Origin: Callorhinchus milii
Taxonomy: Eukaryota
DNA length: 64,000 bases
Assembly: GCF_018977255.1 (NCBI RefSeq)
Contig: NW_024704742.1
Coordinates: 33,916,001 to 33,980,000 of the forward strand
Reading direction: 5' to 3'
This document shows positions 10,816-24,369 of the stretch, piece after piece (the first letter of the stretch is position 1; each line of letters begins with the position of its first letter). The notes under the pieces were generated by a model, which had not been told where the DNA came from, made no database searches, and saw nothing but the letters and a program-made list of their open reading frames with translations. The position numbers were made by a program, and so were the translations under genes.

Positions 10816-12745
10816 ACAATTGGATCAACAATTGGGACAGTTGCCTCTTTAAAGTCCCCTTTTGAACTTCACAAAAATCATAATACCTCTGTTACATGAT
10901 GTGACATTATTTTGTGATGGAATTGATATGATTGTACAAGGATTTACTGATAGCTTGTCTAGTTCGGATTTCCATGTTTGAAATAGCCGTATTACCTTCA
11001 GTACATTCAGCAATATTCACTTCAGCAGTGAGGCTCCTTTCCAATTAGCTGATTTGATACATGACGGTTTTATTCCTCATCGATTGTTGTTGGTATTCAT
11101 TGTCATTTTGTTAAGTCCTTATAGAACTCAGATATAAGCTTGACACAGTTATATCAACAAAAGTTAACTGAGACCTGGGAATGATCTCAAAGCACGAATG
11201 AGATTGAAAAGTTCAACTGATGTCATAATCCTTAAAAATAAAAGTATTAAAACTGTCATCTGAATCTGGGGTGAGAGTGCAGCTTTGAAATAATTTCAGC
11301 ATGTCATTCGTAATCTGCTTGCAAATTTTGTGCACCACTTTTATCCATTTAGGATCCTTTTATTTTATCGAAGAAGCAACTACGAGTGTGAGTAGTGGCA
11401 GTCAGTGAGCTCATATCTGTTGACATGTCAGGAGTACACACTAGATGCTTTTGATGTAATTGCAAGATAATCAACGGATCATTCTTGAAGAATAATATAA
11501 TCTGCTTATATATTTATTTTGTAGTACATTTCTTGATAATCCACTTCAAAGAAAAAAGTTACATTAATCTAATACCAGATGCAATTTAAATTTCAGTCTT
11601 ATGTCTATCATTATTGTTCCACTTATAGGCCTTCCTAGACATAAACTCCTCCAAAGGTTACACAACAGAAATGTTTTCATCAGAAGGGATCAAATATTGC
11701 ATTACAACCTCAGTCTGTAACCATTAGGGGATGCCTAATAATCATTGTATTCTTAAGAATCAAAGAGGATCAACATTGCTGTCAGGAGCAATAAAATGTT
11801 CTCGTTGGCAGAAAACTACATTTGCTAAATTTGTGTGAATTCTCCAAACACATGTTCACTATGCAGAAACAATTCACAGAATGTCAGAATTTAATTAATT
11901 TAAACACATCTGATGATGTTCCTCCAACTAAGCATATTCCTCAGCAACACTAAGGATCTTCCACTCACATGACCTCACAAGGAAAGAATCAGCTACCTGA
12001 GTTTGAAAATAATCTTCAGATCTAAAGAAAACAAGTTATTTTAGTCTGCTATCAATCCTCCAACAAATTAAGATGAACTTCCGTTGCTGTCGGTTGCTAT
12101 TCATGTCCCTCAAAGGCAAAATTCCACTTAATCAAAATAAACTGAATGCCAAGGATTAGAATAGGTTTTCTAAATAAAGTGGTCAACTAGTTAAGAGGTT
12201 TATATACAATTGTAGAAGACCCAGTATGAATTTATCACAGGTTTGTGTTTCCTGACATGGGTGATTTGGTCTTCCTGCTTACCTGATATTTCCAGTGCCT
12301 TGGGACGTCCTCCCGACATGAAAAGCGCTATACAAATGTAATCTTGTTGTTGTTGTTATTTTGGTCTCTTGTTTGTTTTCAGTCAGCCAGGTGTCTGACA
12401 CACATAGAAACCCATTGGTTTTTCAACATGGTTTGACCTTCAACGTCAAATTCCAAATAGTCCTGAAATCTCTATAGCTCTCAGCATGAAGAGAACATTC
12501 TTGTTATGTCACTTTTAAAGTGGCAGCAACTCTTATTAACTATGATGAAGGGGTAAACATCTCATTGGCTGTTTCGACTCAGACAATAAGTTAGCTTTCT
12601 CTCCATTCCTTCAGCAAATAAAGGGCTGCAAGGGTTACAGGATCATCATAGAATGAAAGTGTAACCTGTGATGTGGGAATCATCAATTGTTGTGTTAAGC
12701 CAATATCTTGTGAAACAGCAATGAAAGAATGCAATACTTACTTAC

Positions 12746-12899
12746 CTCTGGTGATAATTGTCACATTGCCAAAAATTGTGCCCAAACCATACTTATCAAC
12801 TTGCTGCAGGTGTACATACACCCTGACTTTGACAAATTGGATGGGCCCACTTCTGGCTGCAGATGGTGTGAACATCCCCTTCTCCCGAAATAGTTTGGC
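12746..12899 (-). CDS. Candidate coding exon (154 bp, phase 0 to 1): AKLFREKGMFTPSAARSGPIQFVKVRVYVHLQQVDKYGLGTIFGNVTIITR
   Basis: Consensus donor GAG|gtaagt and acceptor gccttcag; single open frame; needs additional small exons to be phase-compatible with its neighbours. Confidence 0.4.
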
Positions 12900-13269
12900 C
12901 TGAAGGCAGCCATGAAATTATTATGAAATATTGTGCTTCACAAGCAGCAAAAACAAATAGTGGTGGCTAGAGGCTTCAGTCAACTTCAGCCAAACTATTG
13001 GAATGAAGTTGGGGATAGAAGAAGCAGCAATGAACAATGTTTACATGCAAAAACAGCCCATAATTCCAGTCAATAATTAAAGTCTGATTTTGGGCTTCAG
13101 TCTTCGGAGATATGATACTTATGCTGAATGCAAAAAATAAAGATTTCCTGCTCACTCTTTATGATAGCAAATCCCATTAGTCCATTTCAGTGAAGGCTCA
13201 TGTGCACAAACTCTTCAATGGACCCGTGTGTTTATCCAGTGAGTAGCTGGAGGACATCTAGCGGTGATT

Positions 13270-13570
13270 CACCAGATTAATATCTGACATGTAGGCGTTT
13301 AGCTATGATGAGTGGCTGAGGAAACTTGGGTTATCTATCCCTGAATTGGGGAAGTTAAGAGGTATTCTGATTGAGGTGTTCAAAATAATGAGCGCAATTG
13401 AGAGGCTAAATTTCAGATGACTCCTCATCCTGGTGGAGGGATCCAAACACAATCTTAAAATTAGAATTAAATGATGAGTGGAAGTCAGAATAGAAAACAT
13501 TTTCTCATGAAAGGTTGTGAAAATATGGAATGCACTGCTCCAGAAGGAAGTAGATGTAAAATCCATTGGG
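13270..13570 (+). mobile_element. Degenerate CR1 LINE 3' fragment
   Basis: LRGILIEVFKIM and VVKIWNAL motifs of CR1 ORF2. Confidence 0.75.
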
Positions 13571-14934
13571 AACATGATAAACACTTGCGAAGTAAAGGCT
13601 GCTTTTAATTTTGATCACAGTGGTATTTGATGCCTATTGAACAATTGTCTGATCATCTGATGTTCTGCAGTCACGCTGGGTTGTTTATTACATCAAAACG
13701 TCTTTAAAGGCTTCATGTGATTTACTTCATGTGATTCACTAATGAATCTGTATATTGTGAGCATTTGCTGCTGTGTGGAGTTCATGGGAGCAGCCAGACA
13801 GATTTTGACTTAAATTCAGATATTAAAAAGACAGAATGCCCCATGTATCTGAAAAGAAAAAAATAACCCACAGATATAATATGTGTGGCTTCCCCACAAT
13901 CCCATTCAGCCTCATATTGTCCAGTTGCAGTGCTGCACTGACAGCAGCCTGGGGAACTCCACTGCCCAGACCATTTGATAAAGCTACACAACTCCAAGAG
14001 TCTCCAAGACTAGGAAATAGGAAAACTGCATGTAAATTATGCACAAGTGCAATAGATTAAATTTCCTAATTTTTGGAAAACATCTCCTCTATTAACTTTA
14101 TGAAAAATCTTTCAGGGAATAAGTATGTATATCATTCTGTCACATAGAATCGATGAAGTTATCAGCCGCAACTTATAAATGTGGTGACTTATACACATAA
14201 ATATGAAGTGGAGCTTCTAGCCAAAGCCTGATATTCAGCCAACATTCATCCACAAAATACACAGTCAATCCACTACATCAACATTATATCCTGTGAAGCG
14301 CTTTGAGATGTCTTGATGGTGTGATAAGGCGCTACACCAAATGTAAAGATTATTTTTATTATCATAAAGAAAACGCCTTTGTAGAAAAAAATGCCAATAA
14401 TACATGATTGCCACAAGGTGGCACAATGGACAAACATTAGCGCTCTTTCAGCAGCAATCTCAAAATACACAGACCAAAAGGGTTAATTAAGTTATATCTG
14501 CAAACTAATTTCTCACTAGTTATTATCAGACTATTAGATTTGATGCTTTTATGACTATGAGAGCAATGGGCTATCGAAAAATGAGACACTGAGTGCCCTT
14601 GAGATGATACCAGCCCATAGGCTTTCAGAATTTGTTTTGTGCATCCCATTCCTAAGCAGATCCATTCTTTATATATGTTCAAATAATGCGAATTAATTTA
14701 AAATGTTCAAATGATTAAATCAACTGTGATCATTAGACACGTGGAATTAACACCAGAATTAACTCAGTGGAACAGAGCCCACTGTTCTTAGTGCCATGTC
14801 TTAGAGCTCCAACTAGCAACTCTTTGTGGCAAACAGTGACTGCTGCTAGTAACCTATAGTTGATCTCACTAATCTGTGGTGGTTAGATTCTGTCAGAGCA
14901 GAGTTTGGAATTGTATGTTTGTGACTATTATGTT

Positions 14935-15585
14935 TGAACGAGAAGTTAAACCGAGGTCCAATCTGCCTTTTCAGGCGGATGCTAAAGATTCAATTGAGTA
15001 TTCAAAAAAGAGAAGGGAGTTTCTCCCGGCGTCCTGGCCAATAATCCCCCAAATAAAAATTGGTCATTCTTTTCATGGCTGTTTGTAGGACATTGCTGTG
15101 GTCAAACTGGATGTGGCATTCGCCTACAAATACACAATCATAACACTTTACAGTATATTTCTGTGAAGAGCTTTGAGATGTCCTGTAGCTCAGTGACTAG
15201 AACACTTGCTTCGCAAGCGGGAGACCTGGGTTCAATCCCTGGCAGGGTGAAACCTTGGGAAAGTTTCCTTACTCCAAATGCCTGATAATAATCCCTCAAG
15301 AGAGAAAAAAACCAACAATAAAATTGGTCATTTTAATCCATGACTGTTAGTGGGACACTGTTGTGCGCAATTGGCTGCCACGTTTTGCCCACAAATATAC
15401 AGTCAATTCACTTTACAGTATATTCTGTGAAGCGCTTTGAGACGTCTAGAAGATGTGAAAAGTGCTATATCAAGTGCAAGCATTATCATTTTGTTATTAT
15501 GTCTCGATGATATCAGATGCAAGGATTATTATTATTTATATGATAAGATGTTATATCAAAGGCGAGGATTATTATTATTTTTATT
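14935..15585 (+). mobile_element. DeuSINE with a tRNA-Ala SINE (15179-15499) nested in its 3' stem-loop, plus extra tail
   Basis: Host breaks at GAGATGTC and resumes ATGTCTCGATG...TGCAAGGATTATT. Confidence 0.85.
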
Positions 15586-17499
15586 GTTTTGACCCACTGT
15601 CACATTTTGCAAATCTGACCCTGTGACTTTACAAGGTCACAATTTGTGATGGGTTTAAGCAGTCCATATATCTCAATTAGCAACATGTACTGGAAAATCT
15701 GTGCATATGTTCTGACAGGCTGTAATAGACACATCTCAGGAATGGATTAAACTTTACCACAAATTTGTATGATGTATTTTTCGTCAACTTTTAGTTGATC
15801 CATGACAGCAACTAGCTCTTATCGTCAAATTCTTCCCTCATGTCAGACGATACAAAAGAGACTACCCATTCATGAAAAGAAGACAGATCATCGTGTCTTA
15901 CAAATCAACACGCAGCATATAACTATGTTTTACTTTAAAGACCTGTGGTCTCTAAACAAGGAATGGAACTGTAACCCAGTAAATCCGTAGTCAGCAGCAG
16001 AGCCCAGGTTATAATAACTAAATGGATTAGACTGATGGAAAAATTAGATGCTCAAAGAGATGGGATAGGGCCATTTCCAGTTGGTGATTATACTCGCTTT
16101 ATGTTAAAAGCTACAGTGAATGATAGAGCAAAGCAGTCACTATATACTGTGGATTACACTGAGTAGAAGGATCAAGCTTTTAGATATTTAGCTGGACAGC
16201 TAGTCGCCGTGTCAATTTTACGCTGAAGGTAACAATGAATGCCACAAATAAGCAGACAAGAAGAGGAACACGGAGCAAATCTTCCATTTATCTCACCTCC
16301 TTGGAAAGGACTACTGTACCAGTGTAATTACAGTCTCCCAGCAGATGCCGTGTTTTACTTTCCAAATCCATGCAATTATTGCTAATGCTCAGTATCAAAT
16401 GTCACATCCACGGATTACCCTGCATTCAGGCATTGTTGGTGCTGATTCTTGTTGCAGACAGACTGGGCTTTGTTGGGGGTTTACATGAAGGCTGCAACAT
16501 GTTCCATTATTGCAGAACTTTTAAAAAAGGCCCACCACCTCAGATGCCTTCATTTCTTCTTTGTGAATGTGCATAACCCAAAACATGGTAACTTAAACCC
16601 TGCAATGTCAGAATAAAAATGCTTTCAAAGACAGGAACAATAATGATACTATAAAGGCCACAGTCTTGTGAATTCGATTATTTACTAAATGCTTTATATT
16701 AACTGACAGAAATACAATTTTTTTTCTTGTAAAGGAGTTATGGAGTAAAATTTCTAAAGTTTCACAACATGTTGATCACAATAACACATTATGAAACGTC
16801 ACAAATTTCACCTCTGTTTTGTAAAAGCAGCCTGATTAATTATAGTCATTTTACCAAAGACATTGAAGTGCCTTAGCAGTTCCATTGACAGAGGCTATTT
16901 TTCAGCAATATTGTTTCTCTGAACACAGCAAAAGCAGTTTAGGTCCTAGATTTTTCCAGTGGCTACAAACATTTTATTTTGCAATACAGCAAAAGTATTT
17001 ACAGAGCTGGACAATTAAATAAACTTCCTTGGAGATAACACCCAGAACAGAAAATGCTATGAAGCAAGAGAATTAAAATGTGTTAATCTCACTGTTGACA
17101 TTTTAGATCCTCAGTCCCACCTAATTGGTAATTCATTCAAAGATATGGGAAGATTTAAAGCTACTAGGTCTAAGCTAGACACCATGTTCTCTAAAAGGGT
17201 CATGTTTCAGTTGAGAGGTGTGGTACTGTTTTCAACTGAACAGCTTGAAGGACAGTTTTTCGGGGAAACAAACATATAATAACACTAATAATAATAATCC
17301 TTGCATTTGCTCTAGCACTTCACATCTTCTAGACGTCTCAAAGCACTTCACAGGATATACTGTTAAGTGAATAGTTGTGGGCGAAACAACATCCTGACTG
17401 AAATGGGTGGCAGTAAATATGGTCCAGTAATTGGCAAATGTAAAAGGTGACATAGAAAAGTGATACGCTTTATCAATATCTTGTGCAGTAAAGATTAAT

Positions 17500-17849
17500 A
17501 CCAATAATTCTTTAACATAGAACCTTATCACATCTTTGAGATGTCTCAAAGTGCTTCACAGAATATACTGTAAAGTGAATTGATTGTATATTTTTTGGGC
17601 GAAACGTGGCAGCCAATTGCACACAGCAGTGTCCCACAGTCATGTATTGAAGTGACCAATTTATTATTTTTTTCAAGGAATTATTACCCCCGGAAAAGCA
17701 ATCAACTAACAACTGGGTCCCTACTTACTGCTAGGTAAACAGAGGCATGTGGAGTTAGGAAACTTGCCCAACATTTTGCCCTGCCAGGAATTGAACCGAG
17801 GTCTCTCGCTTGCGAGGCGAGTGCTCTAACCACTAAGCTACAGGACTCC
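17500..17849 (-). mobile_element. tRNA-Ala SINE, longer subfamily with extra internal segment
   Basis: Same head; extra GGGTCCCTACTTACTGCTAGGTAAACAGAGG block, also seen at 18378-18491. Confidence 0.9.
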
Positions 17850-18377
17850 AAATTGAAAAATTGCAGTGAATGCTATCATGTGTCTTCATTGTATGTTTAT
17901 GTGACTCTAGATGCAATTCCAGCTCACTTGGTTTGAAGGCTTTCTCCAATAGTTTTTAGATTTGCTGTAGGATTAGAGAGACAAAGTCCAGGGGTGGAAT
18001 GGTAGTAGTGGTTTAGGACTGTCAGACCCAAAGGCGTAGTATGATCTTGCACTTAAGGTTATATAAGCAGTCGAGAGGCTTCGCTTTCTACCCACCAGAT
18101 TAAACCTTCTCGGATGCTCTGTGAGGAGGGGTCGTGGAGTATTCTCAGTTGTGAGCTGGACTGGCAGATCCATTCTCTATTTTATTTAACCCCATGTTGG
18201 AAGCCAATCCCTCCGACTGTTATTGCAAAACATTCCTTTTTAAAATTTGGGAAGAAGCAAGTATCAAGATGAGTTGTAGTCTTTCAAGAGGGTGGAGTTA
18301 TGGTGTCTTTGAGCATGTTAGAAGTAATTTTTTTTGATTATGCTCAGATTAGGGAGAAAACAGGATAGACTAAAAAT

Positions 18378-18491
18378 CGGGTTCCTACTTACTGCGAGGT
18401 AAACTGAGCATGTGAATTAAGGAAACTTGCCCAAAGTTTGGCCCTGCCCTGGAATCGAACCTATGCACTGATCATTGAGCTACAGGACTCC
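18378..18491 (-). mobile_element. 5' fragment of the longer tRNA-Ala SINE subfamily
   Basis: GGAAACTTGCCCAA and GCTACAGGACTCC blocks. Confidence 0.8.
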
Positions 18492-20224
18492 ACTGGAAGA
18501 AGTGGAGAGGGTGATTGGGAAAGACATTCCAACGACACCCTTGCTTGGTATTTTAGGATACGGAAAGGAACTGTGGATGCCTTACAGCATGGAGGATATT
18601 CTACTTTCAGCCTATTTGGCAGGTAGGCAACCCACAAACCAATAGCACCTCCATTAATGCATCACAAGCAAAACCCAATTCTGGACAACAGTAATTTAGA
18701 GCAATGATTTTTCTGTGCAGTGGCTGAATAAGGTAGATTTAGATTGATCTGGAGTCAACGGGTCTGACAGGTACCTGTTTGTGAATTTTTTGTCACCCTC
18801 TTATCATGGAATTTCCCACTTTAAGCACATAAGTTAAAAGTTTGCCAGTATTTGCAAACACATATGTTACATCTCATTATTGACACAGGAGCACACCAGT
18901 AAGGTGGGGCACGAAGTTATGCAAAAGCTGAGGCAAGTTACTTCACTTACTTCAGACAAGTGAAAATTGAATGTGAACATGCTTTTGATTGTCTCATCTT
19001 ATTTTAATTTCTTTCTTCTATTGTTTTACTTCTGACAAACAGTCTTAATTTATGCTGTAATAATACTGCTAAATTGATCTCCATGGGTTAAACTATTAGA
19101 TTCTGGTATCATCTTTCTCTTGTTGAAAATTTATTTTAAAAAATGTTTCATAACAGATTTCATGTGGTAATTATCAACCATAATTATGAATCATTGCAAT
19201 TTTTACCCCAAATTATACTATTTCTGTTACACCCTCATTTTTCAAGCATTGCTGGGTGCTAACCTAAAGCTTGACGTATTTCATGTTCATAGGCTTAACA
19301 GCATTATGTAAAACATCAACAGCAAGATCTCCAGAATACGCCAAATTAAGACTGAATTGAAAGGAGTGTTCCAAAATTCTGTATAAAATTAAATTTTAAG
19401 GCAGGGGTCTTAACCTTAAGAACATGAGGATTTCAGGCCCCAGGAACCTCCTGAATAACGCTGGGTACTGTATTCTTACAGTAAGAACAATTTATGATCC
19501 TTCAATTATAAGAGTATATCTGATATTTATATAAGTGTATCCCTTCAGAAAAGTAATAATCCATTAAAAAAATTGATGATAATAATTTGGTCCCTCAATC
19601 TACAACTATTTGTGGGACACTGCTATGCCCAATTGGCTGCTATGTTTTGCCCACAAAATATATAGTCAATTCACTTTACTCTGAAGCGTTTTGAGACATC
19701 TCGAAAATGTGATAAGATGCTATATCAAATGCAAGAATTATTCTTATTCTGAATATGGAATCCACTGGGGACCTGTCCCACAAATTGTTTTCTATAACAC
19801 ATATGTGGTAAGTACAAAAGGGAATTAAAATTATCCTTCCATTGCACAAATTAGCTTCAGTTGATTTTTTTTAGGTGAAAATGTGCTTTACATGCAAAAC
19901 AGGATGTGTCGTACCTATTTGACAAATATCTCAAATATAGCTTGAGTTATCAGGCCTCAATATTTACCATACTTCACATTACCAAAGAAATATCCTCTAT
20001 GTACAATAGTTTGTGATCTGCTCCAAACTAAGATATGTCTTAAGGTATTATTATGATATGTATCTGCATGTTATATTGTTTACTACATATATGACTTGGG
20101 GAAATTAAAATGGCATGTGGAAATTTTTCTTCACAGAAAATCAAACTATTAACAAATTATAAGTGTGCACACCAGTCAGTAAATTCTACATTTTCTCTAA
20201 ATTGTCTAAAACACAGTTGCCTGT

Positions 20225-20480
20225 GTCAGCCTGGTGCAGTGGTAGCACTCTCTTCTCTGAGTCAGAAGGTTGTAGGTTTAAGCCACACTTTGGGACTTGG
20301 ACTCACATTCCAAGCTGACACTCCAATGCAGATCTGGGGGAGGTGTTGCATTGTCGGAGTTACCGTCCTTCAGATGAGATGTTAAACCAAGGTCCAGTCT
20401 GCTTGTTCAGGTGGATGTTGAAGATCCCATGGCACTATTCGAAAAGTGAAGGGAGTTTCTCCTGGTGTCCTGGCTGACAA
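20225..20480 (+). mobile_element. SacSINE1/DeuSINE-type SINE with its own tRNA-like head
   Basis: CAGTGGTAGCACTCTC..TCTGAGTCAGAAGGTTG head followed by Deu-domain-like sequence. Confidence 0.88.
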
Positions 20481-22639
20481 AACCCATTATGTCTGATGGT
20501 CCTTTACTGTCTATTACTAGATCTGCAGAAGGAGGTCATTCGGTTTCCTTCCAGATCTAGTAATATACAAAATCACAGCATCTGGTCTGGTTGTTTCAAA
20601 TAGACAATAATAATAATCCTTGAATTTGATATAGCTCTTTTCACGTCTTCTAGATGTGAATCAACTGTATATTTGTGGGCGAAACAATCTAGTCTCTGGC
20701 CAGACTAACCAACCTAAGTAGTTTACAACAACAAATTAATTAGATTTGTATCGTCCTTTCACATCAAGAGGACATCCCAAGGCACTGGACAGTCAGTGTT
20801 TCGGAGCTATGTCTATGAGCTCATGAGAGCCTTGTGACAATGTTGCTGCTTCTATCTGAAGGATCAAGGAGAAACCTTCTGGGGCAAAGCCGACTGCCAA
20901 ATTAATCACATCACTGGGCTTCTCTTAATTACAAGAAAATCAGAGCAGAGAAAGCGCTTATAGAATTACATGAAACTATTTGAGTTTATTTTTTGCTCTC
21001 CAAAGTCCCAAAGACAACTCATTTCACCTCGTTCAGCATGGGATTACTTTGCATTGCAGACATTGACTGGAGACACCACGCCCAGACTCGCCTGTGCTGA
21101 ATTTCTGTCACTACATGCCAGTTACCGCAAATCTCCTAATTCTTCCACGCCTGTTAGAATAAAGACCACAACATAATTCAGTTAAAGATGTCATTAGATG
21201 AATCTTGCTGCCTCCCTTCTTTTGTGTTAGCTCTGTAGATTGTCAGGGCTAGCAATCTGCCTCCTCTGCCCTGTCACTCAAGTCCACCTCCAGAATCATG
21301 TGAAAATAATGATTGTCACACAGTTACATTTTCACCAGACATCTAATAAAAAAAAGATAGCAAAGGGATCAAGCCATCTTTTTTTTATCCTGACAGGTCA
21401 GATTTTGTAATCTTTGGGGTCCCCGCCAAACTCACAGTTTCATAATTACTTGTGTTGACATTTATATTGACACTGATTTAAATTGATTTTTTTTATCCAA
21501 TTGAGGTTGGGCTGAAAGGTAAATTGTTTTTCTTCCCCCCCAAAAAAGGAACATGTTAAAAAAAATTACAGCAATGGAATGAAACAAAATTTGCTTGAGC
21601 AAAAATGCAATTTCACTTAGAACTTACTCTGAAGCATTCACACTGAATTTATTTTGACAAACAGGTGGCTCGGTGCAGTTTTACTCCAATAAGGTAATTT
21701 TAATTATGCAGTATTATTATTCAGTAGGATTAAGAGCCAGCTAAAACCAAATAGGAATATAATCCATCAATTCTGTAAGAGCAACGTTTCTGAAGGTACT
21801 AGGTTCACTGAATACTCATTCCCAGGTCTTAGAAGGGCCAAGATGAGACGGCAGCACATTGTTAGTGATGCAGAGTGCATTGTTAGTTTGAAGTGGGAAG
21901 TAGATGGGTACATAAAAATTAGAGGCTTGAAGTAATATTTGGATAGGACAGGATAGTGCGATTAAAAGTAGAGGTTGCTCTGAGAGCTGGTGCAATTTTG
22001 ATGGACTGAATGGCCTCCTTCTGCACTAGTTGTCTGTCTGTCTATCTGTTGGCCTTGTCTATTTAATTTAGCATTTACAGCTCTTTCACTTTCACTTGGG
22101 TTGTGGTAAAATTACTAGAATCTATTATTAGGGGCAGAGTAATTTAGCATCTGGATACAAGATCAACTGATGAGAGAGAGGCAGCATGGTTTTGTGAATA
22201 GGAGACCTTAGGGGCTGACATATATTTTAAATTTAAGAATGTGTTATGTATTAATTGGGAATTTAGCTGGATGTGTAGGAGGTAGGCCCCCCCCCCCAAA
22301 CCCCCAACCCCGTTCTCAATATTGGCGTGCATGAAGCTGAGTTAATTGCTATTTTCCAAAGCAACCAACAAGAACAACAACAACAAAATTACATTTGTAT
22401 AGAACCTTTCACGTCAGGAAGATGTGCCTCTGTGATCTGAACAGTGAAAGGTTCAATATCGCAACCGCCAGCTCAATAGCTGCTACAAGCCATTTTGGGC
22501 AAAACCATTTAAACAAAGTTGAGGGGTTTCCCTACAGCAGTTGTTGACTGGGACATCTCCAGGGGTAGAATGTTTCAGAATATAATGCTTGTCACATCAT
22601 ATATTTTAGAGAGGAGTATGTCCAACTTTGGTGGTCACA

Positions 22640-22990
22640 GTGTGCTAGAACATGTAGTAAATTGTGCAGAAGAGACCAGAAAATTGCAAATGGGCATAAA
22701 CAGATTAAGTGAGCAGGCAGACCTATGGCAGAGGAAGTTCAATGTGGCAAAGTGTGAGGCAGGACAGTTTGGATTTAAGTATGATGGATGGTAATACATT
22801 CTACATGGGAAAACACTAGGTAAGGGTAATGAACAAAAGAGGTTCAAAGGGTTCCAGTGCATGTCATTAAAAGCTGGTTTGCATGTACAAAGAGCAATCA
22901 AAAAAGTTAATGGGCTGCTAATGTTCAGAACAAAGTCGGGAATTCAAGACTAAGGAAGTGCTTCTACCAAATGTACAAAGCACTGGTATC
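22640..22990 (+). mobile_element. CR1 LINE RT fragment
   Basis: LQMGINRLSEQADLWQRKFNVAKC motif. Confidence 0.8.
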
Positions 22991-23416
22991 ATGTATGAGA
23001 TTTTGCGCAGTGTAATTTAGGCCAAGGTTTAGGGACATCAAAGTAATACATTTCTACTATTTCAATGTGCATTCCCAGCTGCATTTAATAATAATCTTTG
23101 CATTTGATATAGCACCTTATCATGTGGTCGAGACCTCTTAAAGTATTTAACAGAATATATTGCAAAGTGGATTGACTGTGTATTTTGTGGACGAAACATG
23201 GCAGCTAATTGCACACAGCAGTATCCCACAAACAGTCATGGATTTTTTTTTTCACATTTGCACATTCTTACACTTTAAATACAAATGAAAATTATTGATA
23301 TGTATGTTAACCTAATTTTAGAATCACAGAAAGTTTAAAAGATAGAACAAGGCCATTCGGTCCATCATATCTGTGCTTGAAGCAATCTGTTCTGTTGCTC
23401 TGACAAAGGTCAAACC

Positions 23417-23930
23417 ACTTTCATAAAATATTTCAAAAGCTCCCTAAAATTGATATTTGGAGCACATGCACACATAGTTTTATAGACTTGTTGTTTAATA
23501 TTATAATTATTAGATTTGATAAGTTTTACCTATGGTTTTCAATCAAAGCGCATTGGAAGCAGAAATTCCAAGTGTGTCTAGATTTATGCTTTTTTTATTA
23601 GCATTTCAGAAAGTTCAGAACTTGGCAAATTGTTATATACAGTCATAACTTTGAAACCATTTTTCTTTAAGTCTTTTAGGAATGACAGAAAACCAGCTCC
23701 AACGTTAAGACTAAATTCAACAATTTGCCAAATTCTGGGTACTCTGAAATGTTAAGAAGATGGAGTAAATCTTGGCCAAGGTAGAATTTTTTCCCCATGA
23801 TAGGGCCAAATGTATTCAGTCTTCTGAAATTGGTCTAAACAAGCAATTTACTATGAAAACACAATTTAAAACTCTTATACACTATGTCCACATGGCCACA
23901 AATCAAAAAAGCTTTAAATTTATGTGAGTT
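23417..23930. repeat. Long degenerate palindrome (probable ancient MITE)
   Basis: 23601-23634 is the inverse of 23719-23752; similarity extends outward and inward to a ~20-nt centre. Confidence 0.8.
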
Positions 23931-24369
23931 GAACTGATAACTTTAGTGTACTTAGAAAATGTTGCACCTTACAGCAACTTTTATTATGTGGGCTTGAGTG
24001 CTGAAATGATCCTTTGAACAATCATCTCAACTACACGAAGGAAACAAATTGCGTTTATGGTGTCTCTAAGAGGATTAAGTATCACTTGCTCATGTTTGCT
24101 GTGAAACATTATACATGCCTATGATTATACATGTATCTTAAAAGTTCGCTGTGGTTGCGTTGGTGGTTCACCGCCCTTTCCAAAATCCATCAAAACCAAG
24201 ATAGATAACAGATGTCTGGAAAATATGACTCTGAAGAACACATGGAGTATATTTTAGTAACTGTAGTCTGCGAATAAACAGACAAGTTCTAATCTTACCA
24301 TGCAGTGCACTTGGTACAAAACTACTGCCAGAGTGTCTGATGGGTTTGAAAGATCTCTTCGGTATTGCA

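Noticed and set aside
17985..18175. Possible solo LTR or promoter (TATATAAG, ATTAAA)
   Set aside because: No TG..CA termini, target duplication or second copy identified
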